Positions 55,904-64,000 of a stretch of DNA of 64,000 nucleotides are shown one piece after another. Under the pieces are notes generated by a model, which was not told the DNA's origin, ran no database searches, and was given only the letters and a program-made list of their open reading frames with translations. The translations under genes and the position numbers were made by a program. Source of the stretch: Alphaproteobacteria bacterium (GTDB lineage Bacteria; Pseudomonadota; Alphaproteobacteria; MPNO01); the NCBI GenBank assembly GCA_964291675.2, contig OZ219866.1:2848001-2912000 (forward strand), in the 5' to 3' direction. The first letter of the stretch is position 1. Each line of letters starts with the position of its first letter.

Positions 55904-56368
55904 ATGCGCACCTATTCCGCGAAACCGGCGGATGTCGAGAGCAAGTGGTACCTGGTCGACGCCGACGGGCTGGTGGTCGGACGGCTGGCCGCCGTGGTCG
56001 CCCGCATGCTGCGCGGCAAGCACAAGCCGATCTTCACGCCGCATATCGATTGCGGCGACAACATCGTGGTGATCAACGCCGGCAAGATCCGGCTCACCGG
56101 CCGCAAGCGGGAGCAGAAGACCTATTACCGCCACACCGGCTATCCCGGCGGCATCAAGAGCACCACGGCGGAGAAGATTCTGGCCGGCGCCCATCCCGAG
56201 CGGGTGGTCGAGAAGGCGGTGCAGCGCATGCTCCCCAAGGGTCCGCTCGGGCGCAAGCAGTTCGGCAAGCTCCGGGTCTATGCCGGCTCCGAGCACCCGC
56301 ACGAGGCGCAGCAGCCCGAGACGCTGGACATCGCCGCTCTCAACCCGAAGAACGCCAGGAGCAGATGA
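55904..56368 (+). CDS. rplM: 50S ribosomal protein L13
   Basis: WYLVDA...GRLA...[31 protein letters not shown]. Confidence 0.98.
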   Translation: MRTYSAKPADVESKWYLVDADGLVVGRLAAVVARMLRGKHKPIFTPHIDCGDNIVVINAGKIRLTGRKREQKTYYRHTGYPGGIKSTTAEKILAGAHPERVVEKAVQRMLPKGPLGRKQFGKLRVYAGSEHPHEAQQPETLDIAALNPKNARSR

Positions 56369-56859
56369 TGGCAGACCAGGACACGGCGACGCTCGGCGAC
56401 GTCATGCCCGAGGGGCTGGTGGCGGAGCCGCCGGCCGAGGCCGCGCCGGTCTACGAGCGCAAGGTCGACGAACACGGCCGCTCCTATGCCACGGGCAAGC
56501 GCAAGAACGCGGTCGCCCGGGTGTGGATCAAGCCGGGCTCGGGGCGGATCACCGTCAACGGGCGCGAGGGCGAGGCCTATTTCGCGCGGCCCGTCCTGCA
56601 GATGCTGCTCAACCAGCCCTTCCTGGTGGCCGACCGCGACAACCAGTACGACGTCTGGTGCACGGTCAAGGGCGGCGGACTGTCGGGCCAGGCCGGCGCC
56701 GTGCGCCACGGCATCTCGCGCGCGCTCACCCATGCCGAGCCGGCGCTGCGCCCGATCCTCAAGCGCGGCGGGTTCCTGACCCGCGACGCCCGCGTGGTCG
56801 AGCGCAAGAAATACGGCAAGCGCAAGGCGCGACGCAGCTTCCAGTTCTCCAAGCGCTAG
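56365..56859 (+). CDS. rpsI: 30S ribosomal protein S9
   Basis: [34 protein letters not shown]...QFSKR. Confidence 0.98.
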   Translation: MMADQDTATLGDVMPEGLVAEPPAEAAPVYERKVDEHGRSYATGKRKNAVARVWIKPGSGRITVNGREGEAYFARPVLQMLLNQPFLVADRDNQYDVWCTVKGGGLSGQAGAVRHGISRALTHAEPALRPILKRGGFLTRDARVVERKKYGKRKARRSFQFSKR

Positions 56860-56870
56860 TGTCCCCTCAC

Positions 56871-56947
56871 CCGTCATGCCCGGACTTGCTCCGGGCATCT
56901 CGCTCGGCCGGTCGCGTGGATGGCCGGAACAAGTCCGGCCATGACGG
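56871..56947. repeat. CGTC-type REP doublet
   Basis: ccgtcatgcccggacttgctccgggcatc ... gatggccggaacaagtccggccatgacgg. Confidence 0.85.
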
Positions 56948-57013
56948 GGTGGGGACAGGGTGCGAAAGCACACCGACATCCGAAACAGGACATTGCGTGC
57001 GCAACCCCTCCCG

Positions 57014-57123
57014 CCCTTCGATACGCGGCTTCGCCGCTACTCAGGGTGAGGGTATGGTGGGGCCAGCAATGAACTTCCCTCATCCCGAGCAGCCCCGGAC
57101 TCGATCCGGGGCGTAGCGCGGGA
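57014..57123. repeat. inverted REP doublet (GTAG-type)
   Basis: cccttcgatacgcggcttcgccgctactcagggtgaggg ... ccctcatcccgagcagccccggactcgatccggggcgtagcgcggga. Confidence 0.85.
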
Positions 57124-57144
57124 CGCATCGCCGGAGGTGATGCC

Positions 57145-58190
<1,046 letters not shown>

Positions 58191-58194
<4 letters not shown>

Positions 58195-58727
58195 GCGCCG
58201 CGGACGGCGCCACCCTGCTGCCCTATCGCGGCACCTGGCCCAGCATCGATCCGACCGCGTTCGTCGCCGAGGGCTGCCGCATCGTGGGCGATGTCGAGAT
58301 CGGCGCCGAGGCCAATATCTGGTTCAACTGCGTCATCCGGGGGGACGAGCACAGCGTGCGCATCGGCGCGCGCTCGAACATCCAGGACGGCACGGTGATC
58401 CACGTCCACAGCGCCAAGCAGGGCACCTGGATCGGCGCCGACGTGACAATCGGCCACAAGGCGCTGCTGCATGCCTGCACGGTCGAGGACGGCGGCTTCG
58501 TCGGCATGGGCGCGATCGTGCTCGACGAGGCGGTGATCGAGGGCGGCGGGATGCTCGCCGCCGGCGCCATGCTGACCCCGGGCAAGCGCCTGCCCAGGGG
58601 CGAGCTCTGGGCCGGCAGCCCGGCGCGGCCTGCCCGCGCGCTCACCGCAGACGAGCTCGCGGCGTTCGCCCAGACCGTCGAGAACTACCGCGCCCGCGGC
58701 CAGGAATACCGCCGCGACGGGGCTTAG
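58191..58727 (+). CDS. gamma carbonic anhydrase family protein (YrdA/PaaY-like)
   Basis: Hexapeptide repeats; IRGD, SNIQDG..IH, TIGH..LHAC, WAGSPA. Confidence 0.92.
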
Positions 58728-58823
58728 CGCCGCTCCGCCGGCCGGCCGGCTTGGCCGGAAAACCGTCAAAGCACTAGCATTCGATGTGGACCGGTCGCAG
58801 GATGGCGGTCGAGGAGACATCCC

Positions 58824-60194
58824 ATGCCTGCCATTCGCAGCCTCGTCGTCGCGTGCGGCATCCTCCTTGTTCTGGCGGCGGGTGCCGCGCATCCCCGGGC
58901 GGAGAGCACCGACCGCGCCGTTGCCCGGGCGTTCCTGACCCTGCTCGTGGGCGAGGCGGGCGACAAGGCGCGCGCCTGGGAGCTGATCGAGACCCAATGG
59001 CAGCCGTCATTCCTGCCGATGGCTCTCGAGACGATCCGCCTCAGCCGCGACGCGGAGGTCTCCGGCGTCCTGGTGGGACTCATGGAACGGGAGGCCGGCG
59101 CCCGGCTCGGCCACGACCTCGGGGCGTGGCAACGCAGGATGTGGAATGCGCCCGAGGCGCGGCACCCCCGCTACGCCGCCTTCAAGAGCGCGCTCTACAG
59201 CCTCATCGACCCGCGGTTCTCGGCATATTTCGATACGCCCGGGAATGCGCTCATCCGGCTCGACGAGATCGTCTGGGGCGGCGTGCGGCAGGACGGCATC
59301 CCGCCGCTTCGCAACCCGGCGATGCTGGCCGCGGAGGACGCCTCCTATCTGGCGGACGACCACATCGTGTTCGGCATCTCCGTCAACGGCGATGCGCGCG
59401 CCTATCCGAAGCGCATCCTCGCCTGGCACGAGATGTTCGTCGACACCGTGGGCGGCGTGCCGGTCGCCGGCGTCTACTGCACGCTCTGCGGCACCGTGAT
59501 CCTCTATCGCACCGGCCACCAGGGCGTGCGTCACCGGCTCGGCACCAGCGGCTTCCTCTACCGTTCGAACAAGCTGATGTACGACCAGGCCACCCAGTCG
59601 CTGTGGAGCACGATGGAGGGCGCGCCGGTCGTCGGGCCGCTCGCCGGGAAGGGCATCGTGCTGGAGCGCGGGGCCGTGGTGACGACGACCTGGGGCGAGT
59701 GGCGGCGGCGCCACCCCGGAACCCTCGTGCTCTCGCTCGATACCGGCCACCGGCGCGACTACGCCGAAGGGGCCGCCTATCGCGACTACTTCGCGACCGA
59801 CGAGCCGATGTTCCAGGTCCCGGTCCTCGACACGCGGCTGAAGAACAAGGACGAGGTGTTCGCCCTGCGGCTCGCCCGCCACCCCGAGGCGCCGCTCGCC
59901 ATATCGGCCGAGTTCCTCGCCGCGAACCCGGTCCATCACGATGCGATCGAGGGCACGGCGCTCGTGGTGCTCACCGATCCGTCGGGCGCCAACCGCGCCT
60001 ATGCCAGCGAGGACGTGACGTTCGCCCGCTACGACGGCGACCGCGGCGTCGAGGACAGCGCCGGCACGGTGTGGACGATGGACGAGCACGCCCTGACCGC
60101 CGAGGACGGGCGTGTGCTGCGCCGTCTCCCGGCGCAGCGGGCGTTCTGGTTCGGCTGGTTCGCCGCGTTCCCAAACACCCGGCTGGTGCCGTAG
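58824..60194 (+). CDS. DUF3179 domain-containing exported protein
   Basis: Signal peptide; WGGVRQDGIPPL, RAYP..ILAWHE, YCTLCG, GTSGFLYRSNKLMYD, FWFGW.AFP. Confidence 0.88.
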   Translation: MPAIRSLVVACGILLVLAAGAAHPRAESTDRAVARAFLTLLVGEAGDKARAWELIETQWQPSFLPMALETIRLSRDAEVSGVLVGLMEREAGARLGHDLGAWQRRMWNAPEARHPRYAAFKSALYSLIDPRFSAYFDTPGNALIRLDEIVWGGVRQDGIPPLRNPAMLAAEDASYLADDHIVFGISVNGDARAYPKRILAWHEMFVDTVGGVPVAGVYCTLCGTVILYRTGHQGVRHRLGTSGFLYRSNKLMYDQATQSLWSTMEGAPVVGPLAGKGIVLERGAVVTTTWGEWRRRHPGTLVLSLDTGHRRDYAEGAAYRDYFATDEPMFQVPVLDTRLKNKDEVFALRLARHPEAPLAISAEFLAANPVHHDAIEGTALVVLTDPSGANRAYASEDVTFARYDGDRGVEDSAGTVWTMDEHALTAEDGRVLRRLPAQRAFWFGWFAAFPNTRLVP

Positions 60195-60213
60195 CGCGCC
60201 GCCGGCGTCCCGA

Positions 60214-60252
60214 TTGACCGGCGGCGCCGGCTTCGCCCACCATCCCGGGATG
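60214..60252 (+). promoter_or_regulatory. putative leaderless promoter, copy 1
   Basis: TTGACC-N18-CACCAT-N6-ATG; near-identical to 61047-61085. Confidence 0.6.
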
Positions 60253-61050
60253 GGCGATGGTCCGCGGCAATTCGACCTGTTCGGGGACCGGCCGCCGGCC
60301 GCGCCGGATGCCGGGCCGGCATCGCCGCCGCTGCGGCCGGAAACGCTGTCCGACGACGAGATCCTCGACCTGTTGCCGGACGCGGCGATGCGGGATGCGG
60401 TCCTGCTGTGCCGCCTCGTCGTCGAACGCCGGCTCGGCGACCGCGCCCTGCCGGCGCTGGACCTTCTGTGGCGCCGCTTCCGGGGGTATGGCCGCGAGCG
60501 CCCCCAGCCGGAACAGGAGGCGGTGGTGCAAGCGCTCGCCCGGATCGGCACGAAGGAGGCGGCGGACCGGCTCGCCGGCATCGTCACCGCCGCGGATTTG
60601 CCGCCGCCGCTGCTGCCCGCCGCGCTGCCGGCGGCGCGCGATGCGGGGCTCACGCTGCCGCGCGGGTTCGCCTATCCCCTCCTCGGCCATGCCGATCCCC
60701 GGGTCAGGGCGCTCGCCGCGCGGCTTGGCCGGTTCGGCGGGGCCGACATCGCCGCGCTCGAGGAGCTGATCGGCGATTTTCATCGCCCGGTGCGGAGGGC
60801 GGCGGCGGTGGCGCTCGCGCGGCTGGGTGGCGCGAGCGCGAAGCCCGTCCTGCTCGAAGAGCTGCATCGCGATCCCGCGCGCGAGATCGTGACCGCGCTG
60901 GCGGGCATCGCCGACGACGATATCGCGGTGCATCTCGGCCGCTGCGCCGAAGCGCACCCGGCGCTCGCCGGTACGGTCGCGGCGGCGCTGGAGGAGATCG
61001 AGACCGAGCTCTCGCAGAAGATCGCGCGGCGCATCCGCGGAGCGGATTGA
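60250..61050 (+). CDS. HEAT-repeat protein with N-terminal QFDLF motif
   Basis: LLGHADPRVRALAARL and PVRRAAAVALARLG HEAT-like repeats. Confidence 0.75.
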   Translation: MGDGPRQFDLFGDRPPAAPDAGPASPPLRPETLSDDEILDLLPDAAMRDAVLLCRLVVERRLGDRALPALDLLWRRFRGYGRERPQPEQEAVVQALARIGTKEAADRLAGIVTAADLPPPLLPAALPAARDAGLTLPRGFAYPLLGHADPRVRALAARLGRFGGADIAALEELIGDFHRPVRRAAAVALARLGGASAKPVLLEELHRDPAREIVTALAGIADDDIAVHLGRCAEAHPALAGTVAAALEEIETELSQKIARRIRGAD

Positions 61051-61085
61051 CCCGTGGCGCCGGCCTGGCCCACCATCGGCGGATG
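61047..61085 (+). promoter_or_regulatory. putative leaderless promoter, copy 2
   Basis: TTGACC-N18-CACCAT-N6-ATG; the -35 overlaps the TGA stop of the HEAT gene. Confidence 0.6.
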
Positions 61086-62555
61086 GAGAACCGCACCGGG
61101 AGCGAAGCCGACACCGCGATCCGCCGCTGCCGCGCGCTGCTCCCGCGCGACGGCGCGCTCGTCCTCGAGGACTGCGACATCGAGATGCGCGACGGCCTGA
61201 TCGCCCGGATCGCCGCGCCGGGCGAAGGCCGCGCCGCCGAAATCGTCGAGGGCGGAGACCGGCTGGTCGCGCCCGGGCTGGTCAACGCGCACACCCATTC
61301 GCCGCTCAACGTCCTGCGCGGGACGGCGGACGGGATGGACCATGTGGGCTTCATGTGGACCAACCAGGCCGTCACCGCCGGGCGCGGCGCCGAGGAGATC
61401 GCGGTCTCGGCGGCGCTCGGCGCGCTCGACATGCTGCGCTCGGGCGTCACCGCGGCGATCGACCACTACCCGGAGCAGAACTGCGCGGCCGAAGACGTGG
61501 CCCCCCTCGCGCGCGCCTATGCCGGGATCGGCATGCGGGCGGCGATCGCGCTCCGCGTGTTCGACCGCGCCTATGACGACATCGACCCCGCGCGGATCGA
61601 CGGCGTAGACCTCTCGATCGAGCGCGACCTCGGCGACAACCCGCTGGCGCCGCTCCCCGTCGACGAGATCGCTTCTGTGTGCGAAGCGGCCGCCGATGCC
61701 TGGCACGGCCATGGCGGGCTGGTCTCGATCATGCCCGGCCCGTCCAACCCGATCCGCTGTTCCGACGAGATGCTGCTGCGCTGCTACGAAATCGCCGCCG
61801 CGCGCGACCTCGGCATCCACACCCATCTGCTGGAGACCCGCATCCAGCGCACCCTCGCGGAAGAGCGCTACGGCCGCACCATGGTCGCCCAGCTCGACGC
61901 GCTCGGCATCCTCGACCGCCGATGGTCGCTCGCCCATACCGTCTGGGTGGACGGAGACGACATCGACCTGCTCGCGGCAAACAAGGCGGTCGTCGTCCAC
62001 AACCCGCACAGCAACTCCAAGATCGGCGCCGGCATCGCTCCGATCGCGCGGATGCTGGCAACGGGCGTCCCCGTCGCGCTCGGGACCGACGGGGCGAGCA
62101 CCAACGACACGCTGTCGATCCACGAGGCGATGAGCCTCGCGGCTCTGCTGCCGCGCATATCCGGCGTGCCGCGCGCCGACTGGCCGGACGCGGGGGACGC
62201 GTTCGACATGGCGACGAGGGGCGGCGCCGCGGCCTTCGTCTCCGGCCCCCGGCTCGGCGCGATCGAGGCGGGCGCGGCGGCCGACCTCGTGCTCTACGAC
62301 CTCGACGCGCCGAGCCTCGCGCCGCTCAACGACCCGCTGCAACAGCTCGTCTTCGCCGAGCGCGGGCGGGCGGTGCGCACGGTGCTGGTGGCCGGCAAGA
62401 TCGTCTACGAGGACGGGCGCTTCGCCTCCGCCGACGCCGAGGCGGCGATCCGGGCGGCCAAGGGAATGCGCGAGAGCCACGCGGAACGCAACCGCGCGCT
62501 CTACCGCTTCGCCGAGGCGCTGGAAGCGGCGCAGCAAAGCGCCGCGCGGCGCTGA
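61083..62555 (+). CDS. amidohydrolase, deaminase/chlorohydrolase (AtzA/TrzA/MTA-SAH deaminase-like) subfamily
   Basis: PGLVNAHTH, IHTHLLE, LAHTVW, HNPHSN, LGTDG. Confidence 0.9.
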   Translation: MENRTGSEADTAIRRCRALLPRDGALVLEDCDIEMRDGLIARIAAPGEGRAAEIVEGGDRLVAPGLVNAHTHSPLNVLRGTADGMDHVGFMWTNQAVTAGRGAEEIAVSAALGALDMLRSGVTAAIDHYPEQNCAAEDVAPLARAYAGIGMRAAIALRVFDRAYDDIDPARIDGVDLSIERDLGDNPLAPLPVDEIASVCEAAADAWHGHGGLVSIMPGPSNPIRCSDEMLLRCYEIAAARDLGIHTHLLETRIQRTLAEERYGRTMVAQLDALGILDRRWSLAHTVWVDGDDIDLLAANKAVVVHNPHSNSKIGAGIAPIARMLATGVPVALGTDGASTNDTLSIHEAMSLAALLPRISGVPRADWPDAGDAFDMATRGGAAAFVSGPRLGAIEAGAAADLVLYDLDAPSLAPLNDPLQQLVFAERGRAVRTVLVAGKIVYEDGRFASADAEAAIRAAKGMRESHAERNRALYRFAEALEAAQQSAARR

Positions 62556-62627
62556 CGGGCGGCGCCTTCTCCCTTCGCCGGGTCGACCTGCTAGGATGCG
62601 CCGTTCGGTTGGCGGAGAGGGAGCGGC

Positions 62628-63596
62628 ATGACGCAGGCCCTGGTGGTTCACCAATATGGCGGCCCGGAGGTGCTGACGCCGGAAGACGTGGCGGTCGCCG
62701 CGCCCGGCCCGGGCCAGGTGCTGCTGCGCCACAGCGCGATCGGCGTCAACATGGCCGACACCTATCGCCGCCGCGGGGTGTACCCGCTGACCCTCCCGGT
62801 GATCGTGGGCTCCGAGGGCGCCGGCACGGTCGAGGCGGTGGGACCCGACGTGGAGGGGCTGGCCGTGGGCGACCGGGTCGCCTATGCCGGGCCGCTCGGC
62901 TCTTACGCCGGAGAACGGCTGATCGCCGCCGACAAGGTTGTCCGCCTGCCGGACGGGATCGACGAGCGCATCGCGGCGGCGACGATGCTGAAGGGGCTCA
63001 CCGTCCACTACCTGCTCTACTGGACCTACGCCGTGCAGCCGGGCGACGTTGTGGTGATCCACGCCGCCGCCGGCGGGGTCGGGCTGATCTTCTGCCAATG
63101 GGCCAGGCATCTCGGCGCGACGGTGATCGGCACCGTCGGCTCGGACGAGAAGGCGGCACTCGCCGCGCGCCACGGCTGCGACCACCCCATCGTGTACACG
63201 CGCGAGAACTTCGCCGACCGGGTGCTGGAGCTCACCGGCGGGGCGGGGGCGCACGCGGTCTACGATTCGATCGCCCGGGACACGTTCCTCGATTCGATCC
63301 GCTGCACCCGGGCGCGCGGCACCATCGCCGGGTTCGGCCAGGCTTCGGGACCGTTCCCCGAGCTCGATACCGGGCTCTTGCAGCAGGGCTCGAAATTCGT
63401 CACCCGGCCCGGACTCGCCGACCACATCGCCACCCGCGAGATGATCGAGACCGCGTCGGCGCGGTTGTTCGACCTGGTCGGGCGCGGCATCGTCACGATC
63501 AACGTCAACCAGGAATGGCCGCTCGCCGAGGCCGCCGAGGCGCACCGGGCGCTGGAGGCCCGCGCCACCACCGGCTCGACCATCCTGATCCCCTGA
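62628..63596 (+). CDS. qor: NADPH:quinone oxidoreductase (zeta-crystallin family)
   Basis: GGPEVL, AIGVN..D, GSEGAG, HAAAGGVG, TTGSTIL. Confidence 0.9.
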   Translation: MTQALVVHQYGGPEVLTPEDVAVAAPGPGQVLLRHSAIGVNMADTYRRRGVYPLTLPVIVGSEGAGTVEAVGPDVEGLAVGDRVAYAGPLGSYAGERLIAADKVVRLPDGIDERIAAATMLKGLTVHYLLYWTYAVQPGDVVVIHAAAGGVGLIFCQWARHLGATVIGTVGSDEKAALAARHGCDHPIVYTRENFADRVLELTGGAGAHAVYDSIARDTFLDSIRCTRARGTIAGFGQASGPFPELDTGLLQQGSKFVTRPGLADHIATREMIETASARLFDLVGRGIVTINVNQEWPLAEAAEAHRALEARATTGSTILIP

Positions 63597-63607
63597 GGGA
63601 GGGCGCG

Positions 63608-64000
63608 ATGAACAAGGATCTCAGGACGTTCCTCGCCGAGGCCCGGCAGATGGGTCCGGAGTATTTCGCCACCGTCACCCGCCCGGTCGATCCGATCTAC
63701 GAGCCCTGCGTGATCCAGCAGAAGCTCGCCGCCCGCGACGAGTACCCGGTCATCCGCTTCGAGAAGGTCAACGGCTCGGAGCTCCCGCTGGTGACCAACC
63801 TGTTCGGCAAGTACGAGCTCCTCGGCCTCGCGCTCGGCGTCGATCCAGACCGGCCGAAATCGGAGATCCTCGACCGCTTCCGCGCGCGCGTGGCGAAGCC
63901 CGTCCCCACCGAAGCGGTCGCCCGCGAGGACGCGCCGGTAAAGCAGGTCGTCATCGCCCGCGACGAGGTCGATCTCGGCAAGCTCCCCATCGTCAAGCAT
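63608..64000 (+). CDS. UbiD family decarboxylase, N-terminal part (truncated by window end)
   Basis: MNKDLRTFLAE...VDPIYE...FEKVNGSELPLVTNLFG...APVKQV...VDLGKLPIVKH. Not in the ORF track because there is no stop. Confidence 0.85.
   Translation, partial: MNKDLRTFLAEARQMGPEYFATVTRPVDPIYEPCVIQQKLAARDEYPVIRFEKVNGSELPLVTNLFGKYELLGLALGVDPDRPKSEILDRFRARVAKPVPTEAVAREDAPVKQVVIARDEVDLGKLPIVKH

Noticed and set aside
58824-60194. DUF3179 selenoprotein variant
   Set aside because: The motif is CTLC with ordinary Cys codons, and there is no in-frame TGA.
60780-63545. Long antisense or alternate-frame ORFs (also 20069-22561, 11295-13553, 30420-32603 and others)
   Set aside because: These are shadow ORFs of GC-rich coding genes with Arg/Gly/Pro-rich translations and no motifs.

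Overview
GC-rich bacterial DNA, very likely alphaproteobacterial: the CoA-binding protein-metY-enoyl-CoA hydratase-rplM-rpsI-argC order and the REP types point that way. It may come from a host-associated or marine lineage, but that is inference only. Most of the window is a catabolic patchwork: three Rieske ring-hydroxylating oxygenase alpha/beta pairs (one partial, none with ferredoxin or reductase), two TRAP transporters, four amidohydrolases, two amidases with a small GatC/AtzG-like partner, CoA ligases and beta-oxidation genes resembling the aerobic 2-aminobenzoyl-CoA pathway, an orphan Mo-hydroxylase large subunit, and a cytoplasmic B12-dependent catabolic reductive dehalogenase. It also carries glnS, ampG, sbmA/bacA, three toxin-antitoxin loci (one with the toxin collapsed to 16 codons), pseudogene remnants and two families of palindromic REP-like repeats. 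The best leads are: (1) a co-oriented run from a TA module through Rieske oxygenase, amidohydrolase, Mo-enzyme and dehalogenase to an alpha/beta hydrolase, a possible undescribed organohalide pathway; (2) TA promoters that appear to be co-opted for downstream cargo; (3) a HEAT-repeat protein with a beta-clamp-like QFDLF motif bracketed by a duplicated leaderless promoter; (4) a six-cysteine domain on an autotransporter-like barrel; (5) an unassigned di-iron ferritin-like protein. I saw no tRNA, rRNA, CRISPR array, transposase or integrase. All calls come from reading motifs by eye; no database searches were run.
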